A stretch of 43,631 nt of DNA from Acidobacteriota bacterium. GTDB lineage: Bacteria > Acidobacteriota > Terriglobia > Acidiferrales > UBA7541. Shown piece by piece: positions 12,526 through 21,022 of this stretch. Both the position numbers and the translations under genes were made by a program. Below the pieces are notes generated by a model that saw only the letters and a list, made by a program, of their open reading frames with translations, was not told the DNA's origin and did not search any database. The stretch is from the NCBI GenBank assembly GCA_003156635.1, contig PMHK01000147.1:621-44251 (forward strand), read 5' to 3'. Numbering within the stretch: position 1 is the stretch's first letter; each line of letters begins with the position of its first letter.

Positions 12526-14562
12526 ATGGCGTCGATGAACCTGACCCCGGAGGTGTGCGGAAGACGGCGTTTGATTTCGTGGTCCGAGTTTTCGGCGGCG
12601 CGCACGGCTTTTCAGTTTGCATTGAAAACCGCGGGTGGGATCGCGAACAAAGATGCCGAGGCGAACGCGTTGCTGCACTTCGGAGATTTCGAATATCGAG
12701 CCGGGCACGCAGCGAGTGCGCGAGAGATGTAATGCGCGCGGAAGATTTATGGACGCAGGAGTCGAACCGGGCGCAGGCGGCGACGGCGCTGGCCAGTCTG
12801 GCGCGTTTGCATTCCCAGGCGGGCGAGCTGGAGAAAGCGCGAAAGGAAATCGAGGACGCGCTGGGATTTTTTGAAGCTTCGCGGGCGACGCTGGCGAGCC
12901 GCGAACTGCGGACTTCGTTTTTTTCGTCGAAGCATGCGTATTACGACCTGGCGGTTTCGGTGTTGATGCGTTGGCATGAAAAGGAGGCTAAACGCCGGGC
13001 ACGACGCCGAAGCCTTGGCGATAGCGGAGCGAGCCAGTTCACGCGGGCTGCTGGACGAATCGGGCGGCGGAAGGGTTCCGGCGCTAGCGCATGCGCCGGA
13101 TGATCTGGTTCGCGAGAAAAAGAAGAATCGAGATCAACTCGATGCGTTATTTGCGCGGCTGCGAACGCTTTCCGATGAGCCACAGAAAAATTCGGAGCAG
13201 ATTGCAAAAACTCGAATCGAAATCGAGGAGAGGCTGCGGGCCAGCGATACGCTGGAGGCGCGGATGCGCGCATCGAGTGGCGAATATGTTTTGCTGTCGG
13301 GGGCGCGGCCGGCAACTTCCGCCGAGATCGCGGAACATATGGAGCAGCGCTCGGCTCTGGCAAAATACTGGGTGGGCGACGATGCAATTTATCTGTGGCT
13401 GATCACCCACGACGGATTCCACAGTTTCGTCATCCCTGCGACGTTGGAACAGACCCGTCTCTTGGTGGCCAGTTGGGTGGAAAACTTAGAGGCGCGCAGC
13501 GAACAGAAACCGGGCGAAGGGTTGGCTGAACGGGCGAGCCGAATCGCGCGAGCGGATGCGGTGGAAAGGAGCGGAGCAGAAGAGTTAGGAAGACCGCTGC
13601 TCGTTCCGGTCGCCGAGCTAAAAGATATCGATCGCATTTATGTGGTCCCGGATGGCCCGCTTTCGTCGGTTCCATTCGCCGCACTACGGATTCCAGCGAG
13701 CGCTTCATCCGGTCCTGCACATTCCTCGAAAGTTCTTATTTCTCGATTTGAAGTGCTGATGGAGCCGTCGGAATCGATGGTGCAGGTTCTGGAGCAGTCT
13801 CGTGCGGAGACGGAACGGCACGGGGCACTGCACATCGCGGTGTTTGCCGACGCGGTTTATTCGAGCAGCGATCCGCGGGTTCCAGGATCGCATCGGCGAC
13901 CGACGGAGTCGTTGAGCGCGGCAGAGACGCTGCGTTTGGCGACAGAAGCGGGCATGGCGCATTTGCCGCGGCTGGTGGGCTCGAGGGAAGAAGCGCAGCA
14001 GATTGGAGCACTGAATGGCCTGGCGAATACGGATATACGCTTGGGTTTTCGAGCGGAGGCGAAGGCGGTACGCGAACGCGACTGGAGCCAATTCGCCATC
14101 GTGCATTTCGGGGTGCATGCGCTGCTAAATACAGACCGGCCGGCATTTTCGGGCGTGGTGCTGACCAGGGTGCAGCCGAATGGCTCGGCGCAGAACGGCG
14201 TGTTGTGGCTGAGCGATCTTTACAATCTGAGAATGCGGGTGAATTTAGTGGTGCTGAGCGGATGCCACACGGCGAATGGGCGAGAAGTCCCGGGCGAAGG
14301 GCTGGAAGGACTGTCGCGGGCGTTCTTTTTTGCCGGAGCGCGCAGCGTGGTGGGGAGTTTGTGGAGCGTGGAAGATCGCGAAACAAGTTTGCTGATGGAG
14401 AAGTTTTACGGCAACCTGATTCGCGAGAAGCAGGCTCCAGCCGAAGCCTTGAGACGCGCGCAACTGGCGACGGCGAGCGCGGCAAGCACGTCGGCGCCGT
14501 ATTATTGGGCGGGCTTCACGGTGCAGGGAGACGGGGCGAGAGCCCTGCAGTCTGGACCATAG
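12526..14562 (+). pseudogene. TPR-CHAT (caspase-like peptidase) gene, 5'-truncated and interrupted by two frameshifts; the CHAT-domain ORF 12976..14562 is intact
   Basis: Homology runs through three frames. Frame 1 (12526-12729) holds a TPR-like repeat (ANKDAEANALLHFGDFEYRAGHAASAREM) ending in TAA at 12730. Frame 3 (12732-~12990) reads NRAQAATALASLARLHSQAGELEKARKEIEDALGFFEASRATLASRELRTSFFSSKHAYYDLAVSVLMRWHEKE, the TPR-to-CHAT linker typical of this family. Frame 1 resumes from ~12990 (NAGHDAEALAIAERASSRGLLDE...) into the CHAT domain, with HFGVHA (His codon 14116-14118) and LSGCHT (Cys codon 14263-14265). Only about two TPRs precede the linker, and a stop at 12517 closes frame 1 upstream. Confidence 0.6.
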
Positions 14563-14572
14563 AGGTAAGAGT

Positions 14573-15157
14573 TTGGAACGTTCGAATGCGGAGAGAAAAC
14601 CCTGGGCCTTGGATGCCGGCTCGTTCGACCGCCTGCTGACGGCGTTGCACGGCGATCGCGCGACCGCAGCGGCGGAATACGAACGAATGCGGCAGCGGCT
14701 GATTCGTTTTTTTTCGATTCAGCAGGCACGTTCTCCGGAAGAACTGACCGACACTGCGTTTAACCGTCTCGCCCGACGCATTTCCGAAGGCGAAGAAATC
14801 CGCAATGCGAAACAGTATCTTTCCGGAGTCGCGCGCATGCTGCTGCTCGAGGACCGTTACCAGCGGAGGCAAGAGGAATATGCGCTGCGCATGGTGGCGA
14901 ATGCCGGGAACTATTCGCGCTCCGATCAGGAGCTGCCCGCGACACTGGAAGCGTGCCTGGAGACTTTGCCGCCGAAGAGTAGAGAACTTTTGCGGCGGTA
15001 TTACAGTGCGGAAGGCCGAGCGCGGATCGCGGCGCGCCAAAAGCTGGCGGACGAGATGGGGATGGAGCTGAATGCGTTGCGCAACCGAGCTTTACGCCTG
15101 CGGGGGCGGTTGGAGGAATGTATCCGGAGGCGCTTGGGGCGCGAAAAAAGAGCGTGA
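14573..15157 (+). CDS. ECF-type (sigma-70 family, group 4-like) RNA polymerase sigma factor
   Basis: TTG start with GAGG 7 nt upstream, 10 nt after the CHAT stop. The N-terminus FDRLLTALHGDRATAAAEYERMRQRLIRFF...PEELTDTAFNRLARRI matches the region 2-like part of the Acidobacteria/Planctomycetes ECF-like family. The C-terminal HTH LPPKSRELLRRYY...KLADEMGMELNALRNRALRLRGRL corresponds to region 4. Confidence 0.75.
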   Translation: MERSNAERKPWALDAGSFDRLLTALHGDRATAAAEYERMRQRLIRFFSIQQARSPEELTDTAFNRLARRISEGEEIRNAKQYLSGVARMLLLEDRYQRRQEEYALRMVANAGNYSRSDQELPATLEACLETLPPKSRELLRRYYSAEGRARIAARQKLADEMGMELNALRNRALRLRGRLEECIRRRLGREKRA

Positions 15158-15200
15158 TATTCGGCAGGAATTCGCCAGTAAAGAGTGAGAGCTGAAAGAG

Positions 15201-16067
15201 ATGTTGCAAATTGAGCCAAACCGGGAGTGGTTGTTGCGCTATGTGCTCGGAGAACTCTCCGAGGATGAAACGCGGCAGGCCGACGAGCGTTTTTTCGCGG
15301 ACGACACGTTTGCCGGGATGATCGACGAAGCGTACCGGGACACGCTCGACAGCTATGCCGCGGGAGAAATCAGGGGAAGCGACAAGGAACGCGTGGAGCG
15401 AGCTTTCTTCAGCGGACCGCATCAGGCGGGGCGGCTGAAAATTCTGGAGGCCATGCAGACGATTCCGGAACGGACGCCGGAAGTGGCAGTTGCTGCAGTC
15501 GGGGCTAAGGTGAACTCCTCGCCCTGGTTCCTTTCGTCTTGGCCGGTGGCGGCTTCGGTGGTGGTGCTGAGTGTGGCGATTGCGCTGGTGGTTCATCAAC
15601 GCAGCGGGAAGGTGCCGGAACCGGTGAATCAAAGTGCGCCGACGAGCGAAGCGGTTCGCGGCAATGCACCTGAACCGGCGGCCGAGACTCCCGCGGTTTC
15701 GACGCCTGGTGAAAAGCTGTACACCATATTGTTGTTGCCCGAGGTGAGTCGGGGTAGCGAAGAGGCCAAAGAATTTGCGATACCGTCGTCGACGAACGAG
15801 GTTGTTTTTCAAGCCGTGCTGCCTTCAGGCCAGACGGGCGCACGATTTCAGATTCGATTGCAGGGTACGAAGCAGGCGGAGGCAAAGATATTCTCCGGGC
15901 TGGAACTGCGCACGATCGGTAATCAAAAGTACGTGGAATTTCGCGTGCGGGGGGCCGATCTGCCCGCTGACGATTACGATGTAGACGTATCCGCGGAGCC
16001 CGCCACATCCCGCCCCCTGGCGCATTTCGTGGGTCGCATTGTCCGGGACTCCACACCTCAAAATTAG
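15201..16067 (+). CDS. putative membrane anti-sigma factor (single TM, extracytoplasmic C-terminal domain)
   Basis: It lies immediately downstream of the sigma gene. The N-terminus REWLLRYVLGELSEDETRQADERFFADDTFAGMIDEAYRDTLDSYAAGEI is the usual partner of this sigma family. TM segment WFLSSWPVAASVVVLSVAIALVV. The anti-sigma role is inferred from position and architecture. Confidence 0.6.
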   Translation: MLQIEPNREWLLRYVLGELSEDETRQADERFFADDTFAGMIDEAYRDTLDSYAAGEIRGSDKERVERAFFSGPHQAGRLKILEAMQTIPERTPEVAVAAVGAKVNSSPWFLSSWPVAASVVVLSVAIALVVHQRSGKVPEPVNQSAPTSEAVRGNAPEPAAETPAVSTPGEKLYTILLLPEVSRGSEEAKEFAIPSSTNEVVFQAVLPSGQTGARFQIRLQGTKQAEAKIFSGLELRTIGNQKYVEFRVRGADLPADDYDVDVSAEPATSRPLAHFVGRIVRDSTPQN

Positions 16068-16209
16068 AATCGAGTTTTTTATATTTCCCGGACCCACTTG
16101 TATCGGCGAGGCGAAGCCTGCAAGATTGTTGCGGTAGATTACTTTCCTGAATTGATCTCCCATCGTCAATTTTACATCTGTTATTTTTCGTCCTGGAGGA
16201 CACCCCCAA

Positions 16210-16605
16210 ATGATTACGTTGAGCGATGCGCGCCGAGTGATTGCGGCCGCGGAGCAGAAAGCGGCGGAAATAAAGCAGCCGATGAATATCGCGGTGGCGG
16301 ACGGAGGAGGGAATTTGATCGCGCATGTGCGCATGGATGGCGCGTGGCTGGGCAGTATCGATATTTCGATCAAGAAGGCGTATACCTCGCGAGCATTTGA
16401 TATTGCGACCAGGGATTTGGCGACGCATTCGCAGTCGGGCGGGCAATTTTTTGGAATTCACGCGTCGAACGACGGGAAGATCATGATTTTCGCCGGCGGA
16501 ATTCCGTTGAAGAGGGACGGGAAGGTGGACGGCGCGATCGGAGTGAGCGGCGGATCGGGCGAGCAGGATCACGCGGTGGCGGAAGCGGGCGCAGCCGCGT
16601 TCTAA
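16210..16605 (+). CDS. GlcG/HbpS-like (DUF336) heme-binding family protein
   Basis: GGAGGA about 9 nt upstream of the ATG. NIAVADGGGNLIAHVRMDGAWLGSIDISIKKAYTSRAF...GGIPL..DGKVDGAIGVSGGSGEQDHAVAEAG is the conserved GlcG pattern. Confidence 0.85.
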   Translation: MITLSDARRVIAAAEQKAAEIKQPMNIAVADGGGNLIAHVRMDGAWLGSIDISIKKAYTSRAFDIATRDLATHSQSGGQFFGIHASNDGKIMIFAGGIPLKRDGKVDGAIGVSGGSGEQDHAVAEAGAAAF

Positions 16606-16686
16606 AGCGCCGGCGTCATAACTGACGTAACGCTTCAGAGTGGGCAGATTCGTTGATTGGCGAGGAATAGCCGCGATTGACTGAGA

Positions 16687-16763
16687 TGGTGGGCTCGCCC
16701 GGACTTGAACCGGGAACCGGCCGATTATGAGTCGGACGCTCTAACCAATTGAGCTACGAGCCC
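16687..16763 (-). tRNA. tRNA-Met (anticodon CAT), elongator-type, CCA encoded
   Basis: Minus strand reads GGGCTCGTAGCTCAATTGGTTAGAGCGTCCGACTCATAATCGGCCGGTTCCCGGTTCAAGTCCGGGCGAGCCCACCA. It has a fully paired 7-bp acceptor stem, a CT-CAT-AA anticodon loop, GGTTCAAGTCC in the T arm and a 3' CCA. A lysidine-modified tRNA-Ile2 cannot be excluded from sequence alone. Confidence 0.85.
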
Positions 16764-16776
16764 GTATCTTTTGAGC

Positions 16777-16805
16777 ATAGTACAAGACCCTAGGTTAATG
16801 CACAA
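16777..16805 (-). promoter_or_regulatory. candidate sigma70-type promoter of the tRNA gene
   Basis: On the minus strand: TTGTGC (16805-16800), a 17-nt spacer, then TACTAT (16782-16777). The -10 element ends 13 nt before the tRNA 5' end. Confidence 0.35.
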
Positions 16806-16860
16806 AAACGATCATCCCTGAAGTGCGCACTCTGCCTGCGGGCGAACGGGCGATGGCGTT

Positions 16861-18888
16861 TTAAGGAGTGGCGCGACGCAAGACGGCGCTGGATTTTTCG
16901 GCAGCGGCGACTTGGTGAAAAAAATCGCGAACTCCAGGGAGTTTATCGGTGGGGACTATGACGCTGCTGATTTCATAAGTGCGCTGGTAATGCAGAATAT
17001 TGTCTTTCACCTGAATATCGCTTTTGTAGGCGGCGTAGGCGCAGTGTACGTCGACCGCAGCAGGAAGTTCGTCAACGACGTATCCTGCGGGCAAGGTGAT
17101 GTCAAAGACATCGGATTGCAGGGAAGTGCCTGAGAATTCGATAGGGTATTTGCGATCTTTACCGGTGAGAATGCTCGAGCCTTTCTCGCCGACCACGCGG
17201 GGCCGAAGAATGAGCAGATTGCCGGCGGGTTTCGCGTAGCCGTCCGCAACGAAGTGGTAATCGACGGTCAAACTTTCGTTGTATTTTTCTAGGTTGCCGA
17301 TCGACGCTCCGGTGAGTTTGAAATTATTTAGAAAAGTGCCCAGAAAGCTTTCCAGGATTTTGGCGCGGTCGGCGGGCAGAGAGCCCAAGAACTGGGCGCG
17401 GCTTTGTTCCGCAGGGCCGCCCGAGCGCAACTCCTGAACTTGACCACCCAGATTGCCGGCGACTGAGAGCGAGAGAGTCCCGGTGCGGAGCAGTCGATTG
17501 GTAGCGGGCGACTGTAACGGAAGCAAAATCAATTTGCTGGTATCGGCTGAAATCAGCAGCCCGTAATTCTGCTGGAGATAATCCGGCAAACTTCCAAGAG
17601 CCACATATTCGTTGGTCGGATCAAAAAAAAGCAGTCGACCAAGCTGCGGATCGTTGACCACACCATTTAAGCCGACACTTTGGACAGAATCGGGAAGCTG
17701 AATGGCCATGATCATGTGATTCCCGCGGAGCGAAGGAAAGTCGGGATTCACGATGCCGCGATCGGTATCGATCATCACGTAGTACGAGTCGACTCCGATT
17801 TGCTTGAGCATGGTGCTGAGCAGAGTCGCCTTGTCTTTACAGTCGCCGTATTGGTGCCTAAAAACGTCGGCGGCAGGATGCGGTTGGTAACCGCCGATGC
17901 CGATCTCAATGGCAACGTAGCGAATCTGCTGCTGAACATAGTTGGCGAGGACCTGCATCTTCTGGAAAGGGTCGGAGATGCCGGCGGTAAGCTGCGAAAC
18001 CTTTTGCTGCAGTTCGGGCGAGGCCACGCGACTGGCATTGGTGAGGCTGGCGTACCAGATGCCGATGTCGTTCCAACTTCCAGAAGACTTGGCGCGAAGC
18101 TTGGGGTCACGAGGGAAATACTTGATGTCCATGCGGCTTTCGATGGCAGCAAAAGGAGGCATAGCCGGCTCTATTTCCACCGCAGGAATGTTTTCGACTT
18201 CCCAAGTGGAGGTGTTGCCAGCCGCAGATTGCGGGTCCTGCTTCGGGAAATTGGCCCAATGATTCGAAAATTCCCAGCCGGATGGCATCTGCAGCGAAAA
18301 ACGCGCGCGGCGAGTGGGGATGGCACTTTGGAAGGACCAATTATCTTCAAACATGAACGGGCGCTTTTTCTGGACGTATTCGTAACCGACAACGTTGCCG
18401 GGGTCGGCGGCCGAAAATTTAATGGCTTTCAAGCGAAGATCACTGAAAACTTCATAGCTGGTCGCGCTGGCCTCGATCGCATCTTTTTCCTTCAGTTCCA
18501 TTTCCCGCCCGTCGGCGGTGATGGTCCAAGCCTTGAAGAAGGATAGCTTTGTATCGTTACTGAAAGAGACGACAACGCCGCCGTACTGATCTCGGCCTTC
18601 CGGCCGAAGAATTTTGTAAGCGCGGCGATACTTGGTTTCAATTTCTCCATTGTCCTTCACCGTGGTCTGCTGCTCGTCGAGAAGGACGACCGCGACGGTG
18701 TCCTTCGAGTATTCCGGCAAGGTTTGATGTGCGGCCGCCCGCATCCACTCCGGTGCGGTATCGGCGTGCACCCGCGGTGAAAACCAAAAAGCGAGAGCAA
18801 GCATGGCCGCAACGAGTGCGGAGGCTTGAACCGGTCTAATTCGTTTTCGCCGATTCGATAGTTTGCAGAACGATTTGGGCGTCGTCAT
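16861..18888 (-). CDS. secreted DUF3857 + transglutaminase-like cysteine peptidase-fold protein (catalytic triad present)
   Basis: ORF trimmed to the ATG at 18888, which gives a classical signal peptide (MTTPKSFCKLSNRRKRIRPVQASALVAAMLALAFWFSPRVHA/DT). DUF3857-like N-domain (VVLLDEQQTTVKDNGEIETKYRRAYKIL). Transglutaminase core FRHQYGDCKDKATLL (Cys codon 17839-17841), GNHMIMAI (His) and FFDPTNEY (Asp). The alternative start at 18801 would remove the basic n-region. Confidence 0.75.
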   Translation of the reverse strand: MTTPKSFCKLSNRRKRIRPVQASALVAAMLALAFWFSPRVHADTAPEWMRAAAHQTLPEYSKDTVAVVLLDEQQTTVKDNGEIETKYRRAYKILRPEGRDQYGGVVVSFSNDTKLSFFKAWTITADGREMELKEKDAIEASATSYEVFSDLRLKAIKFSAADPGNVVGYEYVQKKRPFMFEDNWSFQSAIPTRRARFSLQMPSGWEFSNHWANFPKQDPQSAAGNTSTWEVENIPAVEIEPAMPPFAAIESRMDIKYFPRDPKLRAKSSGSWNDIGIWYASLTNASRVASPELQQKVSQLTAGISDPFQKMQVLANYVQQQIRYVAIEIGIGGYQPHPAADVFRHQYGDCKDKATLLSTMLKQIGVDSYYVMIDTDRGIVNPDFPSLRGNHMIMAIQLPDSVQSVGLNGVVNDPQLGRLLFFDPTNEYVALGSLPDYLQQNYGLLISADTSKLILLPLQSPATNRLLRTGTLSLSVAGNLGGQVQELRSGGPAEQSRAQFLGSLPADRAKILESFLGTFLNNFKLTGASIGNLEKYNESLTVDYHFVADGYAKPAGNLLILRPRVVGEKGSSILTGKDRKYPIEFSGTSLQSDVFDITLPAGYVVDELPAAVDVHCAYAAYKSDIQVKDNILHYQRTYEISSVIVPTDKLPGVRDFFHQVAAAEKSSAVLRRATP

Positions 18889-20815
18889 TGGTTTTGACCT
18901 GGTTGAAAAAATTCCGGAAGGCACCGTAATTTTTGATGGGAAACATGAAACCATCAATGACGAGCAGGCGTTTGACTTCAAACGTGCGGCCTTGCTGCGA
19001 AGCAGAAATCTCATAGGAAACCACACCTGGTTTGACTTGTTTGGCCGGAGGAACGGCTTCGATTTTATATCCGTCGGGAGTAGTGAGTTTCGCGTCGTCA
19101 ATTTCCTGATATGGAGAATTAATGCAAACGGGATACAGACGTTTTTCCGGCTGGAAGGATGCCGGCTGGCGAGCTTGAAACACGGACGCCGGAACCAGCA
19201 TGCGGTGTCCAGCGGACGTGCCCAAACTCGGAATTTTTACGGTACCTTCAACGTGGATCGGCAATTCGTTCTTTTCCCAATTGGTGAGGGTAGTCACCTC
19301 AAAGGTAGAGCCGGCTGGCAACCAGCCTTTGATTTCGTCCCCGATGGTCTTCATCCGCCCGCTGGCGTCCTCGCTGTGGTTTAGCTCACGCCGCTCAGCG
19401 CCCAAATTCCCGGTGAAATCGACTTGTAGCTTGCCGGTAGCCTGGCCGTCGGAATCTATGGTGAGCTCACTATTGCGAACGATGGTGCCTTGGGCAGGAG
19501 AAGAGCCCGGAATGGTGACGATCTCACCGGCGTCCTTGGTGAAGCGAACGCCGCGCGTGGACGTTTCGTACCAGGGAAGCAATCCAAATGGGTAGGTACT
19601 CGAGGAGGGGTCCAGGAAATAGTCCTGAGTTCCGGCGTGCACCCAGACGAGGCCTGCGTTTAATTGGGTAGTATCCAACATTTGAGGATTGAAAAAATTA
19701 AGATGACGCGCCGCGACCAGGACTCCAGATGAGGAAAATCCGGCGGTGCGCACCAGACCAATGAACGTGTAATTCAGCTGATTGGCGGTTCCGTAATTGT
19801 GTTTGAGAACATCTTCGACGTTGAGGTTGGGCTTAATTTGTTCCTGTTTTTGTTCTTTTTCGGTTTTGGCGTCTTCCATGGAAAGATTGCGAATGGTTTG
19901 CACGCGAGCATAAATCTTCCGTAGTTTTTCTTCCGGTGCGTCATTTGGACTAATGGTGCGGGATAAATCGGCTTCGAGCGCTTTTTTGTTGTTCACGTAA
20001 TGATCGAGGTCTTCCGCCCAAACTTTTGCATGACGATTCCAAAACTGGTCCTCGGTTTCATTCGGGGGGTCATTGCGACCCCGATAGTAGAAATCGACGC
20101 GCACCTGGAGGGCGCGTTCCGGAGGCATGTAATCCTCCTTTTCCAGAGCTGCGATATTGTGGACATCCATGGCAAAAGTCCCGTTCGGTTGCTTGACTGG
20201 GACGGCTCCAGCCGGAAGACCGAACTGCCGGTACAAAAGCGGGAGAGAGAAATCACCGGAGTCCGGTTTGATGGTGAAGCGGGCATCACGCGTAAAAAGC
20301 GAATTGCTGATCACCCAGCTTTCGTTGATGTAAAAAGCGGGATCGCTTTGTTCGCGGAACTTGTACTCGATGATCGAACCGGGATGAACGTCCGGTAGGG
20401 TAAAGGTTTTGGCCAAGAATTTAATTCCGCCGGCCTTGACCAGGGTCTTTTCGAATACTTTGCCATCGAAATTGACGATGCTGCCGTCCGGCTGGATGGT
20501 ACGGCCGCGAATGTCCTTGATATCCGTCTGCTGCTTGAGAAATGGTATTTCGATGTCTCCTTGCTTGGTTCCTTCCTGGGTGAATATCTTGATGCGGATG
20601 TATTCGCGAACCGAGGATTCCTTGGAATCCATATCGCTGCTGCGGTAGAGGATCATGGCGTGGGCGCCGGGGCCGGCGGGATTGTCTTTGAGGGCGAGAT
20701 CTTCCGGCGGGATGGGGAGCCAATCATCGGCGGCGGAAGAGGAGTGCGGCAGGGCGGCAAACAAAATGGCGACGAGCACAGCCGAAAGACAGACGAATCG
20801 CTGGGTTCGATTCAT
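18836..20815 (-). CDS. secreted DUF3857 + transglutaminase-like paralog lacking the catalytic Cys and His
   Basis: Signal peptide MNRTQRFVCLSAVLVAILFAALPHSSSA. DUF3857-like N-domain (HAMILYRSSDMDSKESSVREYIRIKIF). The core region aligns by eye to the downstream paralog, but YGDCKD is replaced by YGTANQ (Ala codon 19784-19786) and NH by NA (QLNAGLVWV). The Asp context (YFLDPSS) is retained. Confidence 0.8.
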   Translation of the reverse strand: MNRTQRFVCLSAVLVAILFAALPHSSSAADDWLPIPPEDLALKDNPAGPGAHAMILYRSSDMDSKESSVREYIRIKIFTQEGTKQGDIEIPFLKQQTDIKDIRGRTIQPDGSIVNFDGKVFEKTLVKAGGIKFLAKTFTLPDVHPGSIIEYKFREQSDPAFYINESWVISNSLFTRDARFTIKPDSGDFSLPLLYRQFGLPAGAVPVKQPNGTFAMDVHNIAALEKEDYMPPERALQVRVDFYYRGRNDPPNETEDQFWNRHAKVWAEDLDHYVNNKKALEADLSRTISPNDAPEEKLRKIYARVQTIRNLSMEDAKTEKEQKQEQIKPNLNVEDVLKHNYGTANQLNYTFIGLVRTAGFSSSGVLVAARHLNFFNPQMLDTTQLNAGLVWVHAGTQDYFLDPSSSTYPFGLLPWYETSTRGVRFTKDAGEIVTIPGSSPAQGTIVRNSELTIDSDGQATGKLQVDFTGNLGAERRELNHSEDASGRMKTIGDEIKGWLPAGSTFEVTTLTNWEKNELPIHVEGTVKIPSLGTSAGHRMLVPASVFQARQPASFQPEKRLYPVCINSPYQEIDDAKLTTPDGYKIEAVPPAKQVKPGVVSYEISASQQGRTFEVKRLLVIDGFMFPIKNYGAFRNFFNQVKTNDDAQIVLQTIESAKTN

Positions 20816-21022
20816 GTCTCAGATCTCTCCGTGTTCACAGAGAAAGGGTTACCGAGAGGTGATGCTGCCCGGCGGCGGAGCCGCGGGCGCTGGGCCCCAA
20901 TTCTCAGATGGTGAAGTGAAGGTCACGGTACCCCGAAGTAAAGCTGCTGTCAACGGGCCATAAGATTGTCTGTCTGGTATTCGTCACTGGTTACTTGCGA
21001 GGTGAGCTAAGCGAAGCTGCAG

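Noticed and set aside
12366-13103. 245-aa ORF as an independent gene
   Set aside because: Only its middle part (12732 to ~12990) looks like real protein, namely the TPR/CHAT linker. The N-terminal 120 aa and the C-terminal Arg-rich tail are out-of-frame readthrough. It is better explained as the middle segment of the frameshifted CHAT gene.
14760-16572. 350-aa and 355-aa ORFs on the - strand
   Set aside because: They are antisense to the sigma, anti-sigma and GlcG genes. Their Arg/Pro-rich translations show no domain motifs.
16606-16860. tRNA-Met as a possible genomic-island integration site
   Set aside because: There is no integrase, no direct repeat of the tRNA 3' end, and no compositional shift that I can see on either side. 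The flanking genes look like ordinary chromosomal genes.
17680-18546. 288-aa ORF on the + strand
   Set aside because: It is antisense to the transglutaminase-like gene and has shadow-ORF composition.
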